DNA from: an uncultured virus (IMG/VR IMGVR_UViG_3300044723_007864)
Taxonomy: Duplodnaviria > Heunggongvirae > Uroviricota > Caudoviricetes
Reading direction: 5' to 3' (one strand)
IMG/VR virus record: IMGVR_UViG_3300044723_007864
Length of the DNA: 64,000 nt
Made by a program: the position numbers and the translations under genes
Part shown: piece after piece, positions 18,367-28,698 of the stretch
Numbering within the stretch: the first letter of the stretch is position 1
Layout of the letters: the number at the start of each line of letters is the position of its first letter
Notes under the pieces: model-generated
Told to the model about the DNA's origin: nothing
Databases searched by the model: none
Seen by the model: the letters and a program-made list of their open reading frames with translations, nothing else

Positions 18367-19811
18367 TGAAACTCAATTTATTGTTTGATTATGATGCTAA
18401 CCGCCGCGTGGGGTTGATATCTGGTAACTATTTTGATCAGATACGAGATATATTTTCTGTAGAGAATGATGCCGCTAAATTTGCCAGGCACTACGGTAGG
18501 TTCATGGCCAAGAGAAAATATGCAATAACACCCACAGGAAGATTTGATCCTTGTTTGTATTATGAGATACGAAAATATATTAAGTCAAACAAAATTGATG
18601 TCAAAATACATGAAACAGAGCTTTTTAAAAAAATTGTCTTACCAGCATACACAACCAAAAAAATACCAGAGTTGTCACTCCCGTTGCGTGATTATCAGCG
18701 TAGTGTTGTCAATACATGTTTGAGTGTCGGTAGGGGTGTGACTGTTTTAGCCACTGCCGGCGGAAAAACACTAACGATAGCAACATTGATAGAATCTATA
18801 TATCAATCAGATAATAACATAAAAGGCTTGATCATTGTACCGGATTTGATGCTAGTAAATCAAACATATGGTGATTTTATCAATTACAAGGTAACATTCT
18901 CATTCAGTAAATGGACAGGTAATAACAAGCTCAATTTAGGATCAAATATTATTATAGCAAACACCGGTATTTTGCAGAGTAGTAAAACAGATATATCATG
19001 GATTGATCATGTTGACTTGCTCATCATTGATGAAGTTCACAAGTTGAGAAAGAACAATAAAATAAACAAAGTGATAAAAAATATACGCACAAATCATCGT
19101 TTTGGTTTCACTGGTACCATGCCCGAGAACGCTGAAGATCAATGGAACATAATAGGCAAGATAGGTCCTATATTGTATGAAAAAAATAGTTTTCAGCTAC
19201 GCTCAGAAAAATATATTGCCAATGCTGAGGCGTTGATACTCAAACTATCATACAAAAATCCACCACGACACTTTCTCAGAAGAGCGACAGACCCGGGCGA
19301 GCGCTATCGAAAAGAGTCGGAATTTTTACGAGGAAACGCTTTCCGGAACAACACCATATCAACATTAGTTAACAATTTTACTAACAATGGTTTAATACTA
19401 GTCGATTACATCGAACATGGTGAAATTCTTGAGAAGCACTTAAAACAGAAGTGCAAAGACAAGCAGATATATTTTATCAGAGGTGATGTACCGGTGGAAG
19501 ACCGTGACAAAATAAAGCAATTGATCGAACAGAAAACAAATGTTATATGTGTCGCAATATCGAAAATATTTTCAACAGGCATCAGTATCAACAATTTACA
19601 TTATATAGTTTTCGCTGGTGGTGGAAAAGCCAAAATAAAGATATTACAATCAATAGGTCGTGGTCTCAGAAAACATAAAGATAAAAAGAAAGTCATGATT
19701 ATAGATATTGCTGATCAGCTATATTATGGTATAAAGCATATGAACAAACGACTATCGATCTACAAAGAAGAAAATTTAAATTATGGAACCAAAAAAATCG
19801 AAGAAAAGTAA
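18366..19811 (+). CDS. uvsW: SF2 DNA helicase UvsW
   Basis: LRDYQ, ATAGGKT, IDEVH, GFTGT, FSTGISI, QSIGRGLR. Confidence 0.92.
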   Translation: MKLNLLFDYDANRRVGLISGNYFDQIRDIFSVENDAAKFARHYGRFMAKRKYAITPTGRFDPCLYYEIRKYIKSNKIDVKIHETELFKKIVLPAYTTKKIPELSLPLRDYQRSVVNTCLSVGRGVTVLATAGGKTLTIATLIESIYQSDNNIKGLIIVPDLMLVNQTYGDFINYKVTFSFSKWTGNNKLNLGSNIIIANTGILQSSKTDISWIDHVDLLIIDEVHKLRKNNKINKVIKNIRTNHRFGFTGTMPENAEDQWNIIGKIGPILYEKNSFQLRSEKYIANAEALILKLSYKNPPRHFLRRATDPGERYRKESEFLRGNAFRNNTISTLVNNFTNNGLILVDYIEHGEILEKHLKQKCKDKQIYFIRGDVPVEDRDKIKQLIEQKTNVICVAISKIFSTGISINNLHYIVFAGGGKAKIKILQSIGRGLRKHKDKKKVMIIDIADQLYYGIKHMNKRLSIYKEENLNYGTKKIEEK

Positions 19812-20238
19812 AAAGGAGAAAAAACCATACTACGTTAATAGTAAAGAGTTTAAATTAGCACTACAAGAGTATTACGATAGCGGTGATGTGGATATCAGTG
19901 AACAGCTCGGTGATTATATATATAAAATTGCCACCGGTTTGTCATACGCTCCGAATTTTATAAATTACACATACAAGGAAGACATGGTTGGAGACGCCAT
20001 CTACAAAATGTTATTAGCTGTTAAAAATAAAAAATTCGATCTCACATCACAATACAATCCGTTCTCATATTTCACAACAATAGCATTTCATGCATTTATC
20101 AATCGGATAAAAAAAGAGAAAAAACAGAGAGAGATAGTCAGTGAATATCAAGAAGCTGTTTATGATGATTTGATGTCCTCTGGAGAGATGTCAATCTATT
20201 TGAAAACTAACACCGAATCTACAGAAGAAACGACTTAA
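19783..20238 (+). CDS. gp55: Late transcription sigma factor gp55
   Basis: YYVNSKEF, PNFINYTYKEDMVGDA, NPFSYFTTIAFHAFINRIKKEKK. Confidence 0.92.
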   Translation: MEPKKSKKSKKEKKPYYVNSKEFKLALQEYYDSGDVDISEQLGDYIYKIATGLSYAPNFINYTYKEDMVGDAIYKMLLAVKNKKFDLTSQYNPFSYFTTIAFHAFINRIKKEKKQREIVSEYQEAVYDDLMSSGEMSIYLKTNTESTEETT

Positions 20239-21284
20239 TGTTATTTCGTAAGAGTAGAGTATGTTGTGTATCCGACATACATGTCGGTGTGCATCAAAAC
20301 ACAACGTTATGGCATGACATAATGATTGACTGGGCGGTGTGGTTGAAAAAAGAACTAACTGCAAAAAACATAACCGATATAGTAATTTCTGGAGATTTAT
20401 TTCATTATAGAGATGAAATAGCCGTCAACACAATACATGTGGTTACAAAAATAATGACCATATGGAAGCAGTTCAACATAGTGATATTAGTTGGTAATCA
20501 CGATTCATACTATAAAGACAGAGTGGATGTAAACTCACTATCTATATTGAGCGGTTGGAATAACATAACAATTTTTGAGACACCAGAAGTTGTGAACTGC
20601 TACGACAAGAAGATCATGTTTTGCCCATGGGGCACGCGTGTAGAAGAGCTTGAAAAATGCGATATAATGTTCGGTCACTTCGAAGTTCAATCATTCAAGA
20701 TGAATCAATACAAGGTGTGCACGGATGGTATAAAATCTGGTGAGTTGCTCAAACATTCCCCACTAGTAATAACAGGTCACTTCCACTTGCGGGATGAGAG
20801 GCAGTATAAAAAAGGCACGGTGCTGTATCTAGGAAGCCCGTATCAAATGGATTTTGGAGATGTGAACAGTACTAAAGGCTATTACTTGCTCGATATAAAA
20901 AACAGTAGCTATAAATTTTACGAAAACAACATATCCCCTAAGCATAAAAAAATAACGTTATCGGAACTAGTAGGTCATGACGGTATAACTGATGATGTTA
21001 AAAATATGTTTGCAAACAACATAGTAAAATTAATAATAGACTTACATATCTCACCGGATGAAATTGACTTTTTATTATCAAAATTATCCGTGCTTGACCC
21101 AATATCGATAAACACAGACTATGAGATTAATTTTAATAAATTTGGTATAGAAGAAAACGATGATATTGATATTTCCGGAATTGATATACCAGCAGCAATT
21201 GAAGAATTTATTAACATGTTAGATGTTGACGACAAACAAATTATAATAAATGAAACACTAGATATATACGCAAAATCTAAATGA
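20238..21284 (+). CDS. gp47: Recombination endonuclease subunit (Mre11/SbcD-like)
   Basis: SDIHVG, GDLFH, VGNHD, GHFE, TGHFH metallophosphoesterase motifs. Confidence 0.92.
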   Translation: MLFRKSRVCCVSDIHVGVHQNTTLWHDIMIDWAVWLKKELTAKNITDIVISGDLFHYRDEIAVNTIHVVTKIMTIWKQFNIVILVGNHDSYYKDRVDVNSLSILSGWNNITIFETPEVVNCYDKKIMFCPWGTRVEELEKCDIMFGHFEVQSFKMNQYKVCTDGIKSGELLKHSPLVITGHFHLRDERQYKKGTVLYLGSPYQMDFGDVNSTKGYYLLDIKNSSYKFYENNISPKHKKITLSELVGHDGITDDVKNMFANNIVKLIIDLHISPDEIDFLLSKLSVLDPISINTDYEINFNKFGIEENDDIDISGIDIPAAIEEFINMLDVDDKQIIINETLDIYAKSK

Positions 21285-23092
21285 AATATATAGCGTTTAA
21301 AAACTTACATATAACAAATTTTCTCTCCGTAGGAGACACACCTGTCGAAATACAATTCAACAGAGGCTTGAACATAATCACTGGATTGAACCGTGACAAA
21401 GAGGATCGCCGAAATGGTGTAGGGAAATCAACAATTGCTGATGCAATTTATTTTGCCGTGTTTGGTAACACCATCCGCGAGCTAAAAAAAGAGCATATTG
21501 TCAACAATGTAACACAAAACAGGTGTGAGGTAGTTTTAGAGTTTGACGTGCATTCGAACAACCAAACCACGCCTTACAAGATCGTAAGAACACTCTCACC
21601 TACAAAATGTCATTTGTTTGTTGATGGTAAAGATGAGACACGTGACTCTATTTCTAATACAAATGAGTTGATAGGTAGTGTAATAAATAGCTCACCAGAT
21701 GTTTTTCAGAACTGTGTTATAATGACTATTAACAACACAACACCGTTCATGGCGAAGAAAAAAATTGAGAAGCGTAAATTTATTGAAGGTATATTTAACT
21801 TGCAGGTGTTTAGTAGCATGTTGAATAATGTACGCAACCGATCCAATGAGATATCAAATAACTTTCATGCAGAGTGTGTGCGATATGAAGAGACATCAAA
21901 TTCTCTCGTGTCATATAACAAGCAGCAAGAAGAGTCTCAAATATACATAAATGCACAAGAAGCAAAACTTAAAAACCGGAAGCAAAATAATAACGATAAA
22001 ATAAACGAAAACAATTCAAAGCTTGAATCAATAAAACTAATTGATGAAAAAACATGTAATGATAAACTACATAAGTTATCTGATGCTCGTGATCGTACAA
22101 GAGAGAACATAACAAAGAGACAGGACAAAATTGTTCAGCTATCCACGAAAATTGATATACATAATGAAAATTTACAAACAATAGGTACAGAACAAGCAAC
22201 ATGCCCGGTCTGCTTGAGATCAATTGATAAACATGATCAGCAGCATATTGAAGACGAAAAAAGAAATATAAATCAACAACTGAACCAATTGTTGAATGAC
22301 CGTGATGAAATCAACACAATCAAACAAGATTTAGAGAAAAAACTCACAGCAATTAAAACAGCAATCAAACAATTAGAGTCACGGTTATATAAAAACAATC
22401 TCAACAAACAAGAGATAATCAGCATCAAATTTAATATAAAGCAATTGAAAGAATTGAACGAGCAGATAGACGATGATATAAAAAACATGAAGCACGACAA
22501 CACGAGCTTGAGTGAGACAATAAAACAGACTGAAACTAGATTGTGTGAGATACAAACACGTATAGATGAACTCAAGAAGCAAATAAACACATACGATGTA
22601 ATAAAATTTATTGTGTCCGAAGAAGGTGTCAAGTCATACATTGTTAAAAAGATACTTCAGCTATTCAACAGCAAGCTAGCGTATTATCTGAAAAAAATGG
22701 ACGCAAATTGTATTTGTGTTTTTAATGAATATTTTGAAGAGCAAATAATTGATGAGAAGGGTAAGATATGCTCGTATTTTAATTTTAGCGGCGCGGAGAG
22801 AAAGAATATTGACCTCGCGTGCCTGTTCGCATTTATGGACATCCGTAGGTTGCAAGGTGATGTGGCTTTTAATTTCAGTATATATGATGAGCTGTTTGAT
22901 AGTAGTTTAGACGAGAAAGGTGTTGAGCTGGTGACAGAAATATTGAAAGAACGAGTAGAAAAACACAACGAATGCATCATGGTGATAAGTCACCGTAAAG
23001 AGAGTGTCAAGAGCGCGACTGGTGAGATTATTTTCTTAGAAAAGAAAAACGGCATAACCAGTCGCATTCCACCAGGAGAACATATAAAATAA
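21281..23092 (+). CDS. gp46: Recombination ATPase subunit (Rad50/SbcC-like)
   Basis: NGVGKST Walker A, CPVC zinc hook within a coiled coil, FSGAE signature, DELFDSSLD. Confidence 0.94.
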   Translation: MKYIAFKNLHITNFLSVGDTPVEIQFNRGLNIITGLNRDKEDRRNGVGKSTIADAIYFAVFGNTIRELKKEHIVNNVTQNRCEVVLEFDVHSNNQTTPYKIVRTLSPTKCHLFVDGKDETRDSISNTNELIGSVINSSPDVFQNCVIMTINNTTPFMAKKKIEKRKFIEGIFNLQVFSSMLNNVRNRSNEISNNFHAECVRYEETSNSLVSYNKQQEESQIYINAQEAKLKNRKQNNNDKINENNSKLESIKLIDEKTCNDKLHKLSDARDRTRENITKRQDKIVQLSTKIDIHNENLQTIGTEQATCPVCLRSIDKHDQQHIEDEKRNINQQLNQLLNDRDEINTIKQDLEKKLTAIKTAIKQLESRLYKNNLNKQEIISIKFNIKQLKELNEQIDDDIKNMKHDNTSLSETIKQTETRLCEIQTRIDELKKQINTYDVIKFIVSEEGVKSYIVKKILQLFNSKLAYYLKKMDANCICVFNEYFEEQIIDEKGKICSYFNFSGAERKNIDLACLFAFMDIRRLQGDVAFNFSIYDELFDSSLDEKGVELVTEILKERVEKHNECIMVISHRKESVKSATGEIIFLEKKNGITSRIPPGEHIK

Positions 23093-23098
23093 TAACAC

Positions 23099-24331
23099 AT
23101 GCTAACATACAGACCAGGCACGGTTTACGGTTCATCTAAGCCACAATTCAATGCATATGTTGGACAGACACCACGTGTGCCAGTTAATCAACAACCCAAC
23201 CAAAATATAACACGAGCACCTCAGCTACCGAGAGCACTAAATTATTTAGCAGATTATAGTGGTTGTGGTTATTGGAGAATGGGGTGGCCAGAGCAGGGTC
23301 TAACCGCGTACCAAAAAATGATCATACATGGATCTACATGCATGATCAAAGACAAAGATTATTATGGTGGAGTGAAATCTATTCGCGTCCAGCGGCAAGC
23401 CAGTCCTCATCAAAAAATGTTTTTTAATTTTCTCCGCAATGTATCAGAAGAGATTGGTTTTAGGTTGATATATGAAATAGACGATATAGTTTTTCACGAG
23501 GATATACCGGATTACAACAAATACAAACCCGCATTTGCAGACCCGCAAACACGTGATAATATTATTTCGATGATGTGTGCCTCTGACGAGATTACATGCA
23601 CGTGTGATTTCATGAAAGACTATTATCAAAGTAAAACCGGAAATCCAAATATTACTGTGGTGCCAAACTACCCTCCACGGTGGTGGCTTGATGGGTTTTA
23701 CGACGAGGAGAGGTTGCAAATAAACTACGACCGCCATGTGAAGAAACGGAAACAACCACGTGTTTTGTGGGCCGGTAGCGGAGCCCATTTTGATACAGAC
23801 AACCGCGCCAATCAACAAGATGATTTCTCCATGATAACAGACGTTGTTATTAAAACACGCAACAAGTTTAAATGGGTGTTTGTCGGTGGTTATCCGCGAG
23901 TGTTACATGATTTAGTAAAGTCCGGTCATGTCGAATACCATGAATGGCAACCACTATATGATATACCACGGTTCATACACTCATTAAAGGTGAACGCGAT
24001 GATAGCCCCATTAATTGACAATACATTTAATAGAGCTAAAAGCTCTATCAAGTATACAGAAGCATGTGCGTATGGCTTGCCGATATCATGCCAGGACATG
24101 GTGACATATAATGATGCTCAATTCAAATTCAACACACCACAAGAGATGGTGGATCAGTTAGATTATTTTTTCAAGGACAAGCAACACTACATGAAGCTAT
24201 GTCGGAAAGCTCGTCTGGCAATTGAAGATCAATGGTTAGAAGATCATCTAGATGAGTATGTTGAGCTGTATACATTACCGTATGCTCATCCTGATAGAAA
24301 AAATCTTAATAAGATTAATCACATTAAATAA
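23099..24331 (+). CDS. Glycosyltransferase (GT-B-like)
   Basis: SGCGYWR, IYEIDD, VVPNY, LWAGSGAH, IAPLIDNTFNRAKSSIKYTEA motifs typical of phage GT-B enzymes. Confidence 0.72.
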   Translation: MLTYRPGTVYGSSKPQFNAYVGQTPRVPVNQQPNQNITRAPQLPRALNYLADYSGCGYWRMGWPEQGLTAYQKMIIHGSTCMIKDKDYYGGVKSIRVQRQASPHQKMFFNFLRNVSEEIGFRLIYEIDDIVFHEDIPDYNKYKPAFADPQTRDNIISMMCASDEITCTCDFMKDYYQSKTGNPNITVVPNYPPRWWLDGFYDEERLQINYDRHVKKRKQPRVLWAGSGAHFDTDNRANQQDDFSMITDVVIKTRNKFKWVFVGGYPRVLHDLVKSGHVEYHEWQPLYDIPRFIHSLKVNAMIAPLIDNTFNRAKSSIKYTEACAYGLPISCQDMVTYNDAQFKFNTPQEMVDQLDYFFKDKQHYMKLCRKARLAIEDQWLEDHLDEYVELYTLPYAHPDRKNLNKINHIK

Positions 24332-24360
24332 TTGCCACATTTATACAAATGTGATACAAT
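24332..24360 (+). promoter_or_regulatory. Sigma70-type promoter TTGCCA-N17-TACAAT (extended TG) for the DNA polymerase gene
   Basis: GTG start 6 nt after the -10 box. Confidence 0.7.
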
Positions 24361-24366
24361 AGTGTT

Positions 24367-26937
24367 GTGTATAGAAATGTATATTATGATCCCCGAGAAG
24401 AGATAGTAAAACTTTTCACGTGGGACAAGAATGGTAACAGAACCGTTTTAGATTGTTCATACAATCCATATCTCTGGATCGAGAGCAAGGGCGTCACAAA
24501 TGACAAATCACTATTCAACACAAGCGTGATCAAAAAAGAATTTTCCAATCAATGGGACCGGAGCAAATACATAAGAGAGTCTGGTCGGACTCGTATTTTC
24601 GAGAACATAAGCTGCGAACATCAATTCATAATTGACATGTTTTGGAAAGAACATCAACGTGATGATTTTTCAAACAACCCATTGAAAATATGTTATATTG
24701 ATATAGAGACGTACAGTCCGGATGCATTTCCCATACCGTCTGAAGCCAAAGATGTTATCAACGTGATAACTATATACGATTCACTCAAGAATAAATTTAT
24801 AACATGGGGTCTTGGAAAATTATCTAAATCAATCGACAATTGTCATTATGTTAAATGTGATAGTGAGGTTGTGTTGCTGAGCAAGTTTCTAGAGTATTTA
24901 GAAAAGGATCACCCCGACATCATAACAGGATGGAACACTGAATTTTTCGACATACCATATATAATAAACAGAGTGCGTAATATCTTAGGAGAAGAAGCTG
25001 TAAAAAAGCTATCACCCGTGCGTAACGTGTTCAAGCGAACAATAACCGGTCAGTTTGGTCGTGAGCAGGACAAATATTATATAAAAGGTGTATCATGCTT
25101 AGATTACCTAGATGTGTATAAAAAATTTAGCCAAGGTCTTCGAGAGTCGTATAAACTAGATGCTATTGGAGAATATGAACTAGGAGAGAAAAAAGTAGAT
25201 TTTGGTAATACAAATCTATCTAGCTTGGCAGATAATGATTGGCAAACATTTGTGGAATACAACATCCAAGATGTTAATCTGATTGTGAAAATGGAAGACA
25301 AGTTGAGATATCTAGAGCTATTAAGAATGCTCGCGTATGTTGGGTGCACGACATTTGAATCAGCCATGGGTACATTGAGCACAATAACAGGTGCTGTTGT
25401 GATGAAAGGCAGAGAACAGGGTATGATTATACCGACATTTGTCAAAGACTCTTCTCACCATCAAAGGTATGAGGGAGCGTATGTCGGTGAACCACAGCGA
25501 GGTTTTCAGGAAAATATATTATCGTTTGATGCTAATAGTCTGTATCCTAACACCATGATATCATTGAATTTATCTCCAGAGACAAAAATAGGCACAATTG
25601 TTAATAAAACAGACACCACTATAACAATTAAACATGTTAATGGTAAAACATTCAACCTCAAGCATGATGCATTTTCAAAATTTGTTAGTGATGAAAAAAT
25701 AGCCGTATCAAAAGCGAAAGTGTTATTCACACAATCTAAAAAAGGCATTGTACCTGAAATTGTTGATAGACTGTACCAACAACGTGTAGAGATAAAAAAG
25801 AAACTCAAACAGTGTAAACTAAAACTGTTAAAGCTCGACAAACACACACAAGAATATAAAGAAACTAAGAGGACAATTGATCGATTAGACATCAAGCAAT
25901 TCACAATCAAGATTTTGATCAACACAGTGTATGGATACTTTGGTAACAAGCATGCACCTATTGGAGATAGTGATATAGCTAGAAGCATAACACTAACCGG
26001 GCAAGCTGTAATCAAGCAATCGAATGTGATATTAAAAGAGTATATAAAGCAAAAATCTAATGGTAGTGAAATTGACCCTATAATCTATAATGACACAGAT
26101 TCAAGCTACATATCGATCAAGCCAATAATCGATACCCATGGTATCACGTTCAATGATTCGAATGGCAATGTATCACAAGACGTGTATGATGAGGCTCAAA
26201 AAATAGAGGACTATCTCAATAAAGAAATAACGAAATGGTCTAGAAAATCAATGAACAGCCTGGATAGTAGATTTGTTTTCAAGAGAGAATGTGTTTGTGA
26301 TGTTGGTGTGTTTTTACAGAAAAAACGCTACGTGTTACACGTACTTGATGATGAAGGTATTCCTGTCAACAAATACAAGTACACCGGTGTCGAGGTGGTT
26401 CGTAGCACCATACCAAATGCAATAAAACCGTACGTAAAAGAGATAATCGAGACGATGCTCAAAACACAAGACCTGGCAATGACAGACAAAGTGTTTCTTG
26501 AAGCATATGATACGTTTAAACAACTTCCGGTGGAGGATATAGCGTTCGTTATGGGTGTGAAAGACTACACTAAATACGCCTCTAGATGTGAGGATTACAA
26601 CACAGTCAAGAGCATGCCTATACACACAAAAGCGGCTTACTTTTATAATCTGATGATCGATAAATTCAACATAACAGCTGATTATGAAAAGATAGACACA
26701 GGAGACAAGGTGCGTTATTTTTACGTGAAGCAACCAAATAGATATGGATTATCAATCATGGGATACAAATATTATTTACCAGATCAGTTTAAAGATACAT
26801 TTTTACCAGACACGGAGCTAATGTTTGAAAAGGTCATATTCAGCATAATTGAACGCTTTTACGAGTCTGTAGGATGGTCTATCAAACAACCCGGTAAACA
26901 GATACAGACAGATTTGTTTGATTTATTGTGTGAATAA
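24367..26937 (+). CDS. gp43: Family B DNA polymerase
   Basis: Exonuclease DIET, GWNTEFFDIPY, YNIQDV; polymerase DANSLYP, KILINTVYG, YNDTDS, KKRY. Confidence 0.96.
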   Translation: MYRNVYYDPREEIVKLFTWDKNGNRTVLDCSYNPYLWIESKGVTNDKSLFNTSVIKKEFSNQWDRSKYIRESGRTRIFENISCEHQFIIDMFWKEHQRDDFSNNPLKICYIDIETYSPDAFPIPSEAKDVINVITIYDSLKNKFITWGLGKLSKSIDNCHYVKCDSEVVLLSKFLEYLEKDHPDIITGWNTEFFDIPYIINRVRNILGEEAVKKLSPVRNVFKRTITGQFGREQDKYYIKGVSCLDYLDVYKKFSQGLRESYKLDAIGEYELGEKKVDFGNTNLSSLADNDWQTFVEYNIQDVNLIVKMEDKLRYLELLRMLAYVGCTTFESAMGTLSTITGAVVMKGREQGMIIPTFVKDSSHHQRYEGAYVGEPQRGFQENILSFDANSLYPNTMISLNLSPETKIGTIVNKTDTTITIKHVNGKTFNLKHDAFSKFVSDEKIAVSKAKVLFTQSKKGIVPEIVDRLYQQRVEIKKKLKQCKLKLLKLDKHTQEYKETKRTIDRLDIKQFTIKILINTVYGYFGNKHAPIGDSDIARSITLTGQAVIKQSNVILKEYIKQKSNGSEIDPIIYNDTDSSYISIKPIIDTHGITFNDSNGNVSQDVYDEAQKIEDYLNKEITKWSRKSMNSLDSRFVFKRECVCDVGVFLQKKRYVLHVLDDEGIPVNKYKYTGVEVVRSTIPNAIKPYVKEIIETMLKTQDLAMTDKVFLEAYDTFKQLPVEDIAFVMGVKDYTKYASRCEDYNTVKSMPIHTKAAYFYNLMIDKFNITADYEKIDTGDKVRYFYVKQPNRYGLSIMGYKYYLPDQFKDTFLPDTELMFEKVIFSIIERFYESVGWSIKQPGKQIQTDLFDLLCE

Positions 26938-26941
26938 AGGG

Positions 26942-26970
26942 TGGATTTAAAGATCATTATATGATATAAT
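26942..26970 (+). promoter_or_regulatory. Sigma70-type promoter TGGATT-N17-TATAAT (extended TG)
   Basis: ATG 26977 lies 6 nt after the -10 box. Confidence 0.6.
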
Positions 26971-26976
26971 ATTTTT

Positions 26977-27342
26977 ATGAGTAACGAGAAAAAAATTGAT
27001 GTATTTATCGATAGTGTAGGGCGTACAATTGTTGGTAATATTCTGAATAAAAAAGCAAGTTATACTGAAGTTGGTAATCCAGCTATTGTGAATATCGAGG
27101 TGCGCCAAGACACTGGTCAGATTGCTGTTCAGTTGGTACCATATATATTTCGCGAGTTTGTAGCAGCAGACGAGAGAGATGATGAACTGGTTTGGAAATT
27201 TAACAATGACAATATTGTGACTTGTTCCAATCTAGTGGTTGATCAAGCATTGATCAAACAATATGAGAATGTGTACAAACCATCTCAGCCAGCGCCAGCA
27301 GCAGAATCGGAAGATATTAAAGTGTTTGATGACAGCGAGTGA
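26977..27342 (+). CDS. Hypothetical protein
   Basis: 121-aa ORF with its own promoter, upstream of uvsX. Confidence 0.65.
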   Translation: MSNEKKIDVFIDSVGRTIVGNILNKKASYTEVGNPAIVNIEVRQDTGQIAVQLVPYIFREFVAADERDDELVWKFNNDNIVTCSNLVVDQALIKQYENVYKPSQPAPAAESEDIKVFDDSE

Positions 27343-28417
27343 CACAAAACTAAGCAAAGACATATTAAGTGTCTTTACTAAGCTCGACAAACTCAATCCA
27401 GATGCAAGTGTGTTGTCAGAGAATGTGTTATCGAACGTTGATAGTTGGATTGATACAGGTTGCATGGTGCTAAATGCTATCATTAGTGGTAGCTTGTATG
27501 GTGGAGTACCTGCTGGTAGAATCACTGGATTCAGTGGGCCAAGTGCCGCGGGCAAGACATTTATAATAAACAAAATTTTAGCCAATGCTCAGAAGCAAGG
27601 AATAACACCGGTTATATTTGACACGGAGGCAGCTATTGACAAGAGTAGCACCACCGGTGTGGGTCTAGACCCAGCGAAAACAAAATATGTACCTGTGCAA
27701 ACAGTTGAAGCATGTCGCAATCAAATATCTACATTTCTTGATAGTGTGATCGAAGCCGGCATGCAAGGAAAATTTATTATCAGTATTGACAGCCTGGGTA
27801 ACCTGGCTAGTCAGAAAGAACTGGATGATACTGAGAAAGACAAGAGCGCTATGGATATGGGAACCCGCGCCAAAGGTCTGAAAAGCATGATGAGGTTGTT
27901 GACATTCAAAGCTGCTCATGCCGGTGTGACTATATTGTTCAGCAATCACACATATGATGATCCCGCTGCAATGTTTCCTACATTAGTGAAACAACAAAGC
28001 GGTGGCAAAGGCCCGGTTTATTTATCTAGTGTGTTGGTACAACTCGCTAAACGTGACGAGAAGCACGATAAAACAAACACCGGTGATGAAATTTTACCGG
28101 AAGCTAACAAAGTTAGTGGTACAACTCTACGCGCATTGACTGTTAAGAATCGCTTTGTACCGCCATTTTTAGAGTGTGAGGTGTATTTAAATTTCAAAAG
28201 AGGATTGGATCGTCTCAGTGGTTTAAAAGAAATGGCTGTGAACCATGGTGTTGTGATACAAAATGGTAGTACATACGCACTACCAGGTAAAGATGGTGCA
28301 GATGGTCAAAAGCTTGGTTATTATAAAAATTGGAAGGATGATGAAGCTCTTTGGAACGACACCATCCTCCCTGCTCTTGAAGAAAAATTAAAAGTCAGCT
28401 ACAAATATAGTGATTAA
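27329..28417 (+). CDS. uvsX: RecA-like recombinase UvsX
   Basis: WIDTG, GPSAAGKT, FDTE, IDSLGNL, DMGTRAK, SGGKG, KNRF; start set at ATG 27329. Confidence 0.93.
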   Translation: MTASDTKLSKDILSVFTKLDKLNPDASVLSENVLSNVDSWIDTGCMVLNAIISGSLYGGVPAGRITGFSGPSAAGKTFIINKILANAQKQGITPVIFDTEAAIDKSSTTGVGLDPAKTKYVPVQTVEACRNQISTFLDSVIEAGMQGKFIISIDSLGNLASQKELDDTEKDKSAMDMGTRAKGLKSMMRLLTFKAAHAGVTILFSNHTYDDPAAMFPTLVKQQSGGKGPVYLSSVLVQLAKRDEKHDKTNTGDEILPEANKVSGTTLRALTVKNRFVPPFLECEVYLNFKRGLDRLSGLKEMAVNHGVVIQNGSTYALPGKDGADGQKLGYYKNWKDDEALWNDTILPALEEKLKVSYKYSD

Positions 28418-28698
28418 CCTCGTCTGAGCAACCGCTTTAGTAAAATCTTGATACGAGATCTTTTCGCTGCAATATCCGGGTTACTCTCACTAGCAGCTTC
28501 GATTTTATCACCATCTACCATCTTTTCTATCATCTCTACATATTTGTGAAGTGATAACAGCTCTTCATTAGGCAGCTTAGGTTCATGAGTCAGTGCAGTT
28601 TTAATAGCTTGCTTCGCACTATGTAAATTTTTTTTAGTCGCAATACTTTCTGTGTACGATTCCCAGAGTTTGCTCTGTTCGGTGTTAAGATGCTTCAT
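28414..28698 (-). CDS. Hypothetical protein
   Basis: Coupled to the upstream minus-strand gene; leader KLWESYTE. Confidence 0.55.
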   Translation of the reverse strand: MKHLNTEQSKLWESYTESIATKKNLHSAKQAIKTALTHEPKLPNEELLSLHKYVEMIEKMVDGDKIEAASESNPDIAAKRSRIKILLKRLLRRG

